A DNA stretch of 64,000 bases from NCBI GenBank assembly GCA_038087875.1, contig CM075988.1, positions 18,602,001 through 18,666,000 of the forward strand, in the 5' to 3' direction. The notes under the pieces are model-generated. The model searched no databases. It saw only the letters and a list, made by a program, of their open reading frames with translations, and was not told the DNA's origin. The position numbers and the translations under genes are program-made. Positions 26,016 to 39,677 of this stretch are shown here, piece after piece; positions within the stretch are counted from its first letter, which is position 1, and each line of letters opens with the position of its first letter. The stretch comes from Malacoraja senta (Eukaryota).

Positions 26016-28632
26016 TGGCTACTAGGCTCGTTCCATATACCTGCATGTGGCTAATAGTCCTCTAAACCCTTCCTGTCCATAAATTTGTCCAAATCTCTTT
26101 CAACTTTTTATATTTCTAAATAAAATGGCTCAGATTATTTAAGACTGTAATTTTTAGTTATTAACCATTTAGTCACTTTTTAAAGGTTCTGTTCGGTCTT
26201 CTGACCTGCCACCTGTCTTAGATTGTACTTTGAGTTTGTGCTGATCTTTAACATTTTTAGTTAACCGTGAATTTAGATTCCTCCCTCGATCTTTATCCCT
26301 TTCCTATTGGAATTCTGTGCATCCTGGCAATCCATCAATCATCTGTCGGTGCATCTCCACTGACTGATCCTTTAAACTAATTTCATTTAGACAGGAGATA
26401 GGCACAAAATGCTGGAGTGACTCAGTGGGACAGGCAGCATCTCTGGAGGGAAGGAATGGGAGACGTTTCGGGTCGAGACCCTTCTTGAGGCTGGCCAGGT
26501 GCCAGCTCTCAGACACCTCTTCCTACTTATCCTTGGAAAGAAGTTCTCCTATTGATTTAGACAGGTACATGGATGGGACAAGTTTAGAGGGATATGTGCC
26601 AAATGCAGGCAGGTGGGACTAGGCTAGATGGTTGGCGTTTTGGTTGGTGTGGGCAAGTTGGGCCGACGGACAGCTTTCCATGGTGTATGACTACATGCAT
26701 TTGTTGGTTCCCATCAGCTTAAGTTTAAACACATCTTAGACCATTCTGCACTCCCTCAAGCTGAATTTAAAGCTCAGTTATATTTTCATTCCTGCTAATC
26801 GCTGTTGCTACATAATGAAGTAATTAATTAACACCCTTCCTGGCAATCACTCGATCGATGGTTGTAAACTTTTTGGGAATGCTTTGAGAATGCCATTGTG
26901 AAAAACATTCTCATTAACGTTACAAACTCCTTATGAAGCAACCTTTGGCCATCTTACTTTCCCAGTCTGTCTATGACTATCAGATCTGACCAGTTCTGCC
27001 TGTTGTAATTCTGGCTGTGTTTCTCTTTGCTGGGCATGTCCCACAGACTACATATTGGTAACACATTACACCGACAAATAAGTAGAATGAACTTCTCACT
27101 GCAGCATCAAACTGTTTGGTCCCAACATATCAGAGACATTCTAGCCATCCCGCTCCCACCTCCTCAACCCAACTTCCTTTTCACTCTGTTCCAGTTTCCA
27201 TGGAGGATCCAATACTCTAAAGTCATAGAGAGATGGACAAGAGCACAGAAACAGGCCCTTCAGCCCACCTTGTCCATGCCAACCAAGGTGGCATATTGGG
27301 CTAATCCCATTTCCCTGCATTTGGACCATGGGCCTCTAAACCCTTCTTGTCCATACAGCTAGAAACAAGGAACTGCAGCTGCTGGTTTTTAAAAAAAGAC
27401 ACAAAGTGCTGGAGTAACTCAGCAGGCCAGGCAGAATTTCTGCAGGACATGAATTGGTAATGTTAGGCACGGCCTCATCCTTCAGCACTCTATGCATTTT
27501 TTTCTCTCCATATATCTGTCCAAATGTATTTTAAAAGTCATGATTGTATCCACTCTATAGCTTCCACTGGCAGCTCATTCCAGATATGGGCAACCATCTG
27601 AGGGGAAAACGTGCCGTTGAAGTGCCTCTTAAATCTCTCCCCTCTCGCCTTAATCCGATGCCCTCTCCTAGGAAAAGGACTGAGAGCTTTAACTTTATCC
27701 AAGACGCTCTGACCCTGTCCACCTCAATAAGGTCACCCTCGGCACAGCCACTGCTGAGTGTTCAACTGTTGCTGAGATTGTCTTTAACAGGTCACAGTCC
27801 TCAGGAACCACAGCTGCAGAAACCAATGCAGAAAGCAAAAGACCGTCTGGGAGAAAACTGCTTCAGAACTTTTCTGTCCAAGTCTTGCAGCAACTCTTCG
27901 CAAGTTTGAAAAGCGGCACAGGTCAAACCCATGGATTAGCAGTATTTCCATTTTTAGGAGGTGTAAGGTCACCTGTAGAAGAAAGATTTGCCAGAAGTGC
28001 TTTAACCACAGTTTGACAGATTTCATCACCCAAGTACATCTTTCGCCAGCCACCGCTGGACATTGTGGAGAGTTAAAGGATTAACAGTCAAACCCGTGTG
28101 GATTAGGCAGCCATGGGTTTTCCAAGATAAACAGAGTGACTTTGAAGTAGCGGGAAGAATGCATGACTTGACTATTGAATCGAAACCTGCCTCTACCGTA
28201 TTAGAAAATACATGACAGCAAAGTGCGATTAAAGTCAGTACGCCGGGTATTAAACGGAGGGAGAGGGGTCGGCTAATCAGTTGCTGGTTCAAAGAAAGCT
28301 GTTCATCAGAGAGACGATTTGCATTCATAGTGTCGTACACTTGCACGATGTTTCCCCACATCAAATTAACTACTTCTGAAATCACCATGGAGTATGAAAT
28401 GCAGCATCTAATTTATGACCAGGAAGTTTCCACCAACTGCAGAGGTATAACTAGCGGATACTTTGTCAGGTTTGTGATATGGAGTGAACATTGTCCCAAA
28501 CTAACCACAGCAACTATGATCTATGGACTGTGTATTTGGTTGCACTGTGGACTTCAGTTTTGCACAGTTATTACTGTTATTAATGTATTGCATTATTGAT
28601 TATTATAAACCCTTGTATATTGATATATAACG

Positions 28633-29040
28633 ACGGCACGGTGGCGCGGTGGTAGAGTTGCTGCCTTACAGTGCCAGAGACCCGGGTTCGATCCTGACTT
28701 CGGGTGCTGCCTGTATGGAGTTTGCATGCTCTCCCCGTGACCACGTGAGCTTTCTCCAGGTGCTGCGGTTTCCTCCCATATTGCGAAGACGTGCAGGTTT
28801 GTAGGTTGACACAGAAAGCTGGGGTAACTCAGTGGGACAGTCAGCATCTCTGGAGAGAAGGAATGGAGGAAGTTTCGAGTCGAAGGGTCTCGACCCGAAA
28901 CGTCACCCATTCCTTCTCTCCAGAGGCTGCCTGTCCCGCTGAGTTACTCCAGCTTTTTGTGTCTATCTTCAGTTTAAATCAGCATCTGCAGTTTCTGCAT
29001 ACACAGCTTTGTGGGTTAATTGGCCTCTGGTCAATTGTCT
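28633..29040 (+). mobile_element. HE1-like SINE interrupted by an inverted Penelope repeat pair
   Basis: SINE at 28633-28808 resumes near 29008 (TTTGTGGGTTAATTGGC). Confidence 0.85.
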
Positions 29041-29173
29041 CTTGTGAGCAAAGAAGGACCGGTAGGGGCAGCGCAGAGAAAGAAGAGAGATCCGGTAAGG
29101 GCCATCAGCGGGCATGAGCAGCACAGGTCTGGTTCACAACTGCAAGAAGATAACACTGTAGTAAGAACTTTTA

Positions 29174-29692
29174 ACCCCCACAATCAAAATGTGGATTATA
29201 GAAATGACGGAGACCCTACACTTGGAAAGAATTAGACTTGTCCTGCTGGACAAACAAGAACTATTCGTTGGAACATGGTCTCCCTTTACTGATTACTTAA
29301 AGGGTCAGAACGGTTCAGCACGCGAACCTGTAACACTCGAGCCAAGGAATAGATGAAATGTTCGGAAATGTACGAATATACCTCGTATGAAGTTTGTTAT
29401 CTTAGTAAGTTATTCCATTTATTATCTCTTTCTTTTTTGTTCTCTTTGTTTCTTTTCTTTCTCTTCTTTTCTCTCTCTTCTCTCTTTACTTCATCTATCT
29501 TTTTAGTTCTATTTAGTTTAAAAAAAAAGGAAAAAAGAAAAAAAGTATTGGAGACAATGTAATAAGATTTGACAACATTACTAATTTAAAAATGTAAGAC
29601 TGGAAATGATTTTAATATGAAATGTATGTATCTCCAATAAAAAATATTCTTAAAAAAACAACATAAAAAAAACAAAAAAAATACAAACAAAC
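29174..29692 (+). mobile_element. L1 LINE 3' fragment
   Basis: Translates PTIKMWIIEMTETLHLERIRLVLLDKQELFVGTWSPFTDYL, matching the fish/amphibian L1 ORF2 C-terminal pattern. T-rich UTR, AATAAA and A-rich tail. Confidence 0.8.
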
Positions 29693-30190
29693 ACCTTTTG
29701 AAACATTATCGGTGCCAGAAACATGATGACTCTTCTGTGTGCAGTGCCGAGGTGAAGTGTGCTGTGTGATTTCACCGGATTGTATGCAAAAAACAAAATA
29801 ATTTCACTCGACCTCGGTCCACGTGACAATAAAGCATTATTGAATCATTAAGAAAAGTGACTTTGCACATCCTATAGGGTATGTGAGAAACAAGCAAGTT
29901 AAATAGAATGCAACAGAGGGAAAGCCACATGTGAGATTGTTCCACACTGATCTCCAGGAGCTGTTTCCAATAACATTCCACAGTGCAGCCCTCAAGGTGC
30001 ACATAGTTTACAAAGTTTTGCAAATCGGGACTCGGTTCATTGGTAATCCTTGTGTCAACCACCTTTCACTTGGCTCAGCATTGGTGAACCTTTCCTCAAA
30101 GATTTCACCTTCATGTGGGGAGATGCGTGGTGAAGGCAATTGCAATCTCAAATCTTTATGGGCTTCCGCTAGGCATTGGCCGGTGCTTAT

Positions 30191-30500
30191 GGGCGACACG
30201 GTGGTGCAGCGGTAGAGTTGCTGCCTTACAGCGCCAGAGACCCGGGTTCAATCCTGACAATGGGTGCTGTCTGTACGGAGTTTGTACGTTCTCCCCGTGA
30301 CCTGCGTGGGTTTTCTCCGAGATCTTCGATTTCCTCCCACACTCCAAAGATGAACAGGTTTGTAGATTAATTGGCTTTGTATAAATGTAAAATTGTCCCT
30401 AGTGTGTGTAGGTTAGTGTTAATGTGCGGGGATTGGATTTGCTGGGCCGAAGGGCCTGTTTCCGCGCTGCATCTCTAAAACTAAAACTAAAAAACTAAAC
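30191..30500 (+). mobile_element. HE1-like SINE
   Basis: Near full-length match. Confidence 0.9.
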
Positions 30501-30899
30501 ACGGTGGACTCTCGCTGTAATCTACTTGAAAGTGGAGGTCACAGAGTCTCAGGGTTCAACTTTGATCAATCGTCAGTACAGCTGCATCGTGATTGTATTT
30601 TTCGAAACTCCTTTCATCATGCCCTGTAATTATGTTGCAACTTGATATTAATTATTCCCACAGAAAGAGAAATAGCTCTGGGTCTGGGTGGTCAGGGATC
30701 TGTGTGTATCCGGCCTACATTGACACAAGCACAGCATAGAGAAGGTCATTCAGTCAGTTGGTTGGTACTCAGTCAGTGTAAAAACAATCCAGTCAAACCC
30801 ACTCCCCTGACCTCTTCTGCCTTCATTTCACATACTTATGCTTCTCCACGTCGAACATAACAACAGAACCTGCCTCAATTACATCCTCAATTATATTCA

Positions 30900-31272
30900 C
30901 GGTTGCTCAGCACTTTAACTCCCCCTCCTATGCCCAATCTGACCTTTCTGTCCTGGGCCTCCTCCATTGTCAGAGAGAGGCCCAGAGCAAATTGGAGGAA
31001 CAGCACCTCATATTTCGCTTGGGTAGCTTACACTCCAGCGGTATGAACATTGACTCCTCTAACTTCTAGCCCTTGCTTTCCCTCTCTCTCCATCCCCTCC
31101 CACTTCCCATTTCTCCCACCAGCGTTACTGTCTCCGACTACATTCTATCTCTGTCCCGCCCGCTCCCCTGACATCAGTCTGAAGAAGGGTCTCGACCCGA
31201 AACGTCACCCATTCCTTCTCTCCAGAGATGCTGCCCGTCCCGCTGAGTTACTCCAACTTTTTGTGTCTACCT
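30900..31272 (+). mobile_element. Penelope-like element 3' fragment with intact hammerhead core (31179-31206)
   Basis: VAQHFNSP...KLEEQHLIFRLGSL remnant, then CTGAAGA A GGGTCTCGACCC GAAACGTC. Confidence 0.9.
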
Positions 31273-32399
31273 ACAAACCTGCACATCTTTGGAAAATGGG
31301 ACGAAACTGGGGCTCCCTACCCAATCCCAACGTGGGAACGCCTTCACCACCTGCATCTCCAATAGTCTCCAGGGTCAGAAAGTCCAGTAGATCTTTGCTG
31401 CAAAGAAAGGAGTTGAATGCCAACATTGGAACGTGGCCCATTTCCAGTGGATACGAAAGGTTTAGAGCGATACTGGCCAAATGCGAGATGGCTGGACTAG
31501 TGTGGGTGGGGCATCTTGGTTGGCAGGGGCAAGTTGGCCCATAGGGCCTATTTCTATGATGTACTGTATGACTCTGTGACTCTAATGAAATCAAGATACA
31601 ATTTTCTACTGAAAAAGGCAGCAAGGAGTTGGAATTGCCTTCCAAACAAGCACCACAATAAGACACTTGGACAGGTACATGGATAGGAAAGCTTAGAGGA
31701 ATGTAGGCCAAATGTGGGCAAGTAGGACTAGCTTAGATGGGGCATTTTGGTCAACATGAACGAGTTGGGCCAAAGGGCCTGTTTCCATGCTGTATCACTC
31801 TACGACCATGAATCTCAAGATCCCCCTGAAATCTTCTTTGCTGGTACTGAAGAAATGTTGTAGTTATGGACACCATAGATACAGTTACAGATCAGCTGAA
31901 ATGAATGACAGAACGGGCTTGAGGGGCCGAATGTCCTGCTGCCTGTATGGTTCTGTTGGAAGTCCTCACTTGCGGAGGTTGCTCAAAGAATGGGCCAGAA
32001 TTAATTGGACGATAATCTCCCCCTTTGGCTGTACTTATGAGAACTCTCTGAATTAGAAAAAGCAAGCAGGAAAGAGGATTTTTAATTGACATTTTCCCCA
32101 AATGAAACTGTGGGAAAGCAGTTTGTAAAAGGCTCCAAATTAGATTTTGCCAGAAAAGACAAAGAAAATAACGTGGCCCGTCACAATGACTGGAAAAACA
32201 ATGATTCAGCAATCCTCCCAGTCCCTCGCATCCATTAATCTCGCCAACAACTGTTACATCAACTGCACTGAAATATTTGTCATTTGATTTGCCTGAGCGA
32301 CTGTGAGCACAAACCTTCACTTCTTGCTGATCTATTGCTTTGGAAGGGGCTTGATTTCTCAGATCTAAATCAATGTGCTGGCATAGCCTTACAGAATCC

Positions 32400-32682
32400 A
32401 GCAAGCCAGGACTTCGGTCCTGAGCTCGGGCGCTGTCTGTGTGGAGTTTGCGCGTTCTTCCTGTGACCGCGTGGGTTTCCTCCGGGTGCTCCGGTCTCCT
32501 CCTACATCCCAAAGACGTGCAGGTTTGTAGGGTAATTGGACTCCTTAAATTGCCTCCAGTGTGTAGGGAGTGGATAAGAAAGTAGGATAACATAGGATTG
32601 GTGTGAGCGGGTAATTGATGGGCAACGTGAACTCAATGGGCTGAAGGGCCTGTTCTCTGCTGAATTTTTAAACTAAACTAAA
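32400..32682 (+). mobile_element. HE1-like SINE (older subfamily)
   Basis: V-domain and CR1-like tail. Confidence 0.85.
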
Positions 32683-33229
32683 GTAGGAACCCATAGCATG
32701 GAAGTGGAAGGGATCGAGCACAGCCTGCGGCAACTGCAAGGAGCGCCGGTGGAGGGAGCTGACGGCATCGCACTGAGCCAGGCCGAACCCTACTTCACCA
32801 ATCCAGTGCCGTCACGACACCGGGCCTTAAAGCGAGATGGTGCTGGAACATGGCAACTCTGTGTGTGTGCTGTTCCAGAAGAGGATCTATTGTACTCATG
32901 TATGGTATGCAGAACTAGCTATTTATTGTATCGCTTACACATGTGACAATAGATAAATTAAACTAGACTAACGTTTGCTCACATTTTCACTTGAGAATAA
33001 TTCATGAGAAGAATGATGTGGTCCATTACAGATAGACAAACAGATACAGAGCGGAAGCACACCGAGTCCAGCGATCACCCTGCACACTAACACTATCCTA
33101 CATACTGGGGGAAATGTACAATTTTACCTAATGCAGCCTTTTTTAGCCTCCAAACCTGTATGTCTTTGGTGTGTGGGAGGAAACCGGAACACCTGGAGAA
33201 AACCCACATGGTAGTGATTTGGCCCAGAA

Positions 33230-33456
33230 GACAGACACAAAATGCTGGAGTAACTCAGCGGGTCAGACAGCATCTCTGGAGAAAAGGAATAGGTGACGTT
33301 TCGGGTTGAGACCCTTCTTCAGCCGGTCTGAAGAATGGTCTCGACCCAAAACGTAATTTATTCCTTCTCTCCAGAGATGCTGCCTGACCCGCTGAGTTAC
33401 TCCAGCATTTTGCGTTTATCTTCGGTATAAACCAGCATCTGCAGTTCCTTCCTACA
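33230..33456. repeat. Inverted pair of Penelope terminal repeats
   Basis: Arms meet at CTTCTTCAG-CCGGT-CTGAAGAA. Similar pairs at about 28810-29000, 38085-38305, 41350-41500, 42530-42722, 56305-56478 and 63365-63520. Confidence 0.9.
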
Positions 33457-33496
33457 CGGTGAATTAACCTAACTCTTCTTAACCTCATTGAACCTC

Positions 33497-34079
33497 AGAG
33501 CTGCAACAGACCCCAGAGCTGCAACAGCGGCGGCGCAGCGCTGAATTCACCGCGGGGAGGGCGATGCCTACCTGGGTCGCCGTCTGGAGCTCCGGAGCGT
33601 TGGGCCGCTGCTCCAACATCGTGGAGCTGCGGTTTGGGTGAGCTTCCAACGCGGGCGGAGCTGACCGTCATCGCGGAGTCCTGGGGCCCTTTGCCGAGGG
33701 CCGCCAGCGTTGCATCTCCGCCCAGCGCGGCCTGCGGACTTTGCGAGCCGCGGACTCCAGTAGGAGGGGGCCGACTCTGATGTCCAGGCCGCTGAGGAGG
33801 TCCCCCAGCCCCGACGTTGGACTTACATCATCCCTGCGAGCGGGGCTGAACATCGGGCCGCAACCATGGGTGAACATAGGGGAACATTGGAGGAAGAGAC
33901 TGACTTTGGTGCCTTCCCTCACAGTGGGAAACGTTTGATTCTGCTGTGTGGGGATGTTTTATGTTGAACTCTATCGTGTGTTATGTTCTTTATTTTATTG
34001 TAGGGCTGTATGGTAATCACATTTCACTGTTGCCAACTGGCACATGTGACAAATACATGTATCTTGTATCTTGTATCTT
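33497..34079 (+). mobile_element. CpG-rich non-coding retroelement, 5'-truncated, same family as 53.0-53.9 kb
   Basis: Shared blocks such as TGCCTTCCCTCACAGTGGGAAACGTT and AACATCGTGGAGCTG. (GTATCTT)n tail. Confidence 0.7.
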
Positions 34080-34699
34080 ATGTGCCCATGTGGACAGAAG
34101 TCTCCAGCTCAAGATTTGACAGCAAGTTGGGATGGATTGAGCGGTGTCACTCCGCAGTGGGATACCTAACGCGGGAAATGGTACAGTCAATAGCAAAATC
34201 AGGTGGGTTATACTGTGAGTGGCATTTACACATTGTACACAAAGGCTTACGTTTCACTCCTCTTCCTGGCTGGTGTGTGAGCGTTCAGTGCCAGTACTGC
34301 AGGCTACAAGTTGAGCCTGATCCATCTCTTTTGCTATCTGACAGCTTCATCAGGATAAAGAATAACATTTCATTGAAAAGAATTAACAAAGGAGCTGCTT
34401 TGCCTCCACAATGCAGGGAAATGAGATCCTGCTTCATTGTTGAAGAACAATGTGGAATTCCTGGCCTGGAATTTATGACAGCCTTCAATGTCCACAGTCA
34501 ATGGGAGCACAAAGGAAGAGGAAGAATATCTCAGCTTGCCTTCTTGGGAATTTTGATTATTGAATTACTTAAATGCAGAGTTATCTAATAAAACAATTCT
34601 TATTCCAGTTGAATCCTTTTTGTGGCTGGAATACAGATTTAATTATTTTTATGCTTTTTTTTCTTTTCGTCCCAAATGAAACACAACTTCGCACAAGGA

Positions 34700-34970
34700 G
34701 GGCGCAGTTTCGCAGCAGGTGGAGCTGCTGCCTCGCAGCTCCAGGGATCCAGGTTCGATCCCGACCTCAGGTGCTGTCTGTGTGGAGTTTGCACGTTCTC
34801 CCTGTGACCACGTGGGTTTTCCCCATGTGCTCTGGTTTCCTCCAACATCCCAAAGACGTGCGGATTTGTAGGTTAATTGGCCTCTGTAATTATCGGGTGA
34901 TTGATGGTCAGTGTGGACTCAGTGGGCTGAAGGGCCTGCTTCCATGCTGTATCTCTAAACTAAATTAAAC
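34700..34970 (+). mobile_element. HE1-like SINE
   Basis: Head, V-domain and tail. Confidence 0.9.
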
Positions 34971-35719
34971 TCGCTCATTTGCAGAGAATGACTTCATTTT
35001 TACCTTTCACCATTTTCTACATTTTTCCAGAAACTCGCTGATATCTTTTCCACTTCTGGCCACCCTTGGGCAAAACCTCCATTGTTCACAGAATGTAGAA
35101 CATAGAACAGTGCAGCACAAGAACAGGCCCTTCGGCCCACATTGACCATGCCGAACATGATGCCAAGACCATCTCTGATCTATGTAGGAAGGAACTCAAG
35201 AAGGATTTTGACCCAAAACATCACCCATTCCTTCTCTCCAGAGATGCTGCCTGCACCGCTGAGTTACTCCAGCTTTTTGTGTCTATCTTCCATCTCTGAT
35301 CTTTATCCGCATACTCCATACCCCTCCATTCCCTGCATATCCATGTGCCCAACTAAAAGCCCATTAAAGATGAAGAACTTGGTGGGGAATGTGTCGGGGG
35401 ATGGTGATCTCATCTTTCTGCTGCCATTGAGCTTTGTGGTAACAGCGGGTTTGGGTTGGGAGATTGGTTAAAGAAGTCAACAGCTTACGTCCTGGATGGA
35501 ACGCACTCCAGATGCAGGATGCGGTTGTGGAGCAGTTAATGGTTTTTGTTGGAGGAAGAAGTGCCGAATCAAATGGCATAGAGTCATTCAGTAATATAAC
35601 AGGCTCTTTGGCCCAACACGTCCATGCTGAGCAAGTTACCCATCTGAGCTCCTTCCATTTGTCTGCATTTGGCTCATATCCTTCTAAACATTTGCTATAT
35701 ATTAACATTTCTTACACAA

Positions 35720-36292
35720 AGGTAGACCAAAATGCTGGAGAAACTCAGCGGATGAGGCAGCATCTATGGACTGATGGAATAGGCGACGTTTCAGGTCGAG
35801 ACCCTTCTTCAGACGGGTGGGCGGGAAAAAGAAAGGAAGATGCGGAGACAGCAGGCTGTGGGAGAGCTGGGAAGGGGAAGGAGGGAGAAAGCAAGGACTA
35901 TCTGAAATTGGAGAAGTCAATGTTCATACCGCTGGGGTGTAAACTACCCAAGCAAAATATGAGGTGCTGCTCCTCCAATTTGCAGTGGGACTCACTCTGG
36001 CCATGGGGGAGGAGGCCCAGGCCAGAAAGGTCGGATTTGGAATGGGAGGGGGAGTTGAAGTGCTGAGCCACCGGGAGATCAGGTTGGTTATTGCGAACTG
36101 AGCGGAGGTGTTGGGCGCAGCGATCGCCAAGCCTGCGCTTGGTCTCACCGATGTAGAGCAGCTGACACCTGGAACAGCGGATTCAATAGATGAGGTTGCA
36201 GGAGGTGCAGGTGAACCTCTGCCTCACATGGAAAGACTGCTTGGGTCCTTGGATGTAGTCGAGGAGGTAGGTAAAGCGACAAGTGTAGCATT
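35720..36292 (-). mobile_element. Penelope-like element 3' fragment
   Basis: Near-identical to 44793-45280; GIY-YIG coding remnant on the minus strand. Confidence 0.9.
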
Positions 36293-39200
36293 TCAACATT
36301 ATTATTGTAACTGCCTCAATTACTTCATCTGGCAGCTCGATCCAAGTTTAGCCACCTTCTGAGTAGAAAAATCGCCCCTCAGGTTCCTATTAAATCTTTC
36401 TCAACTTAAACCTGTGGCTTCTAATTCTTGATTCCCTTACTACATAAAAGACTGTACATTCACCTTATTCATTCCCTTCATGAATGTATACAGCTCTGTA
36501 AGATCACCACTCATCCTCCTGCACTCCAAGGAATAAAGTCCAAGCCTGCTTAACATCTCCCAATAACTCAAACCCTCAAGTCCTAGCAACCTCCTTGTAC
36601 ATCTTCTCTGCACCGGCTTAATGGCAACTTCCGTATAGCTAGCAGGGTGACCAAAGCTGAACGCAATATTCCAAGCGCGGCCGTCCTCACCAACATCTCT
36701 GCTTTTGTCCCAGTTGGTTTTGAGCCTGCAGTCATTCAGAAACATGTAGAATTGGAGGAGATTTTCCCAGTTGCTGTACTCTGCACCGACTCTGCTCGCC
36801 GTTAATCTCAGTGAGCTACTCGAAGAAATGCTCTTCCTCCAAATCAAACTGCTGGCCAGGAATTGCTTTCAAAGATTCGGACAGCTGAGAAATGAAACAC
36901 AACATCGAGGAGCTTGAGGATATTTAGCTCTGTTGACATATCCATCATAATGGTTTACTTCTCAAAAAATATCTGTACTCTTCCCATATCAACCAGAAAA
37001 GCTTTTCTTGTTATACCCCCTGAGAAGTTTCGTATGCAGCTTTGATTTCCATAATGCTTCAGGAAGATAGTTAGAGATTAGATAGATTCCTTTAATGTCA
37101 TTCAGACCTTTTGGTTAGTTCACATTGCAATCAACAGACGGTCCATAGAAATATAAATGATTAATGATTGGAATGTTTCTTGTTCTCCACAAAGTACTGC
37201 TCCTGCCCGTGAGCATTGTGGAGAGGGATCAATTTCCCTTATAACCTGGAGAACAATTAGATGAGAATATTCCTGACCAACTTGTCAATAAGTTTCCTAT
37301 CTAGGGACAGGCAGGATATTGAATCAATCTGCCTATATTAGGCTACGCTCTGATCACCCAAGGCATTTCTCAAACCGTGGCTGTTTACTCAAGCTAACAT
37401 CTCTTTTCATTCCAGTTAATGCTCCTTCAGTGCCTGTTAATTTTAAGCCAACAAAGACTTGCTATCAACACAGGGAAATCTCACTGATTAGTCGGAATGT
37501 TGCTTATCTCCTTCTTTATTGAAAAGTTATTGCATTACGTTATTTATAAAAAATAAGGTATTGGTGGAGTATTGTGTGCAGTTCTGGCCACCCAGCTGTT
37601 GGACAGATGAAGGTACACAAAAATGCTGGAGAAACTCAGCGGGTGCAGCAGCATCTATGGAGCGAAGGAAATAGGCAACGTTTCGGGCCGAAACCCTTCT
37701 TCAGACTGGTAGGACAGATGACATTGGTGGAAAGAGTCATAGTCATACAACCGGAATAAGTCCCATCACATCAGTCCAACTTGCCCATGCCGACCAAGAT
37801 GCCCAATCTACACTACCCACGTTTGGCCAATATCTTTCTAAACCTTTCCAATCCATGTGCCCATCCAAATGTCTTTTAAATGTGGTTATTCCAACTGCTT
37901 CAATTACCTGAGAGAGGGGAAAGATTTAATCGGAACCTCAGGGGCAACTTTCTTACTTAGATGGAAGCTGCCAGAGGAATAAATTGAGGCAGGTACTGTA
38001 ACAGCATTTCAAAGACTTTTGGACATGTACTGTATATGGATGAGAAAGGTTCAGAGGGCTATGAGCCAACTGCAGGCAAACAGAAAAGGACACAGCATGC
38101 TGGAGTGAGGAGCCATCGCTGGAGAACATAGATAAGTGACGTTTCAGGTCAGGACCCTTCTTCAGATTGATTGAAGGATCTGTAGAAGGGTCCCGACTCG
38201 AAACGTCACCTATCCATGATCTCCGGAGATGACGCCTGACCCGCTGAGTTACTCCAGCACTTTGTGTCCTTTTGCGTAAACCAGCACCTGCGGTTCCCTG
38301 TTTCTACATGGGGCAATAGGAAGTAGCTTGGTTGGGACATCTCGTTCGGCATGGACGTGATCAGCCAAAGGGCCTGTCACCCTGTTGTGTGACTCCATGA
38401 CTTTGACACTAAGACACTTTGGCAAACGAGACGGTGCAAGTTCAGACTGGAAGAAGTTTAGATGAACAGTGCCGTACGGAGGGTTTTCATTAACCCTACT
38501 TCTGGGGATCCTTTAAGTCAACCTCAGCTGGAGCCAAGAATCATGCCGTCCTTTTCTCATTTTTCGTTTGACTCAAAAAAAAAAAAAAAAAAATTCCTTG
38601 CGGTTAAGGCAGCAGTTCCTGAATTTTTTTTTTTCCACTGTAATTGCAAACAGCACACTGTAGTAGCTGAGAGGTTCCAGACTGCAGGGAAAGTTGAAAA
38701 TATGCATAAGGTCTACTGCACCTGGGATTTGATTTCCTCTTTTCAAGTCAGGAGCAGACGTAGGGGGACGTTAAACGAAACCACGGGGACACAAGGTGCA
38801 AATATGCGCGGAAATCCAATTCTCACCTCACGAGCTTTGCTTGTAGTTAGCGAGGAATTTTAACATTCAAATATGTTTCAGGCGTGGCTGAGATTTTGAT
38901 GCAGACTCTATCTCCAGGCAGTAAGGACTGTGGCCCCCCATTTGACAGTTTGCACAATTTAAAAAAAAAAGTTTAATAAATATTTCCATTGGTGCCGGTG
39001 ATTTGGCTGCAGTCGGGAACATGTGTACATGTATGTGTGGACCTCCCTGGCCTCACTTCATTTCCATTTCAAGTTGGTCAGGAATTTCCTCAAGCTTCAT
39101 TTCCAGAAGCACAATAATTGGTTGGAGTGAGGATTAGTTGTGGGATGAATGCCATATTCCTTCAGTTAAGCAATACTTGACATGTAAAATTCTAGTTTGG

Positions 39201-39315
39201 TTCAGAATTACAGCGCGGAAACAGGCCCTTCGGCCCACCGAGTCCGCACCATCCGGTGATTCCACATACTAGCGTTATCCTATACGCTGGAGATAGTTTA
39301 ACAATTTTACCGAAG

Positions 39316-39395
39316 CTTCTTCTTCCTGCATTTGAGGCAGCAGAAGCCCGCAGCAGGGTGATGCCATCCGGTTCGACATCCGTAGGTGCCCGCCC
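39316..39395 (-). mobile_element. 80-bp 3' end of a retroelement with (AAG)n tail
   Basis: Reverse complement of 46222-46300; ends GCCTCAAATGCAGGAAGAAGAAG. Confidence 0.7.
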
Positions 39396-39677
39396 GTGCT
39401 GTCTCTGTTTGTTGTTGAAGTGTGAGCTGGAGCACGCATGACAGTGTCTGTATAACTTAATGGGTTACCCAATAATGCCTCAGGTTACCAAATGATGCCT
39501 GGATCAGAGGATATTAGCTATGAGGAGAGATTGGGCAAACATGGATTGTTTTCTCTGGAATGTCAGAGACTTCTATTATTGTTTGTTTGTTTTACTGAAT
39601 GTTGGGAGGCCACCATCATCTCCGCAGTCAAAAAGGCACAACAGATGATGTACTTCCTGTGGCAGCTGAGAAAACAC

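Noticed and set aside
31892..32593. 233-aa minus-strand ORF and 192-aa ORF at 34010-34588
   Set aside because: Both start in repeat sequence at non-ATG or repeat-derived codons and show no recognisable domain or splice structure.
36817..36885. Minus-strand terminal exon candidate (TTTCTCAG|LSESLKAIPGQQFDLEEEHFFE*)
   Set aside because: Plausible acceptor but a short unrecognised peptide with no linked upstream exon; cannot be distinguished from chance.
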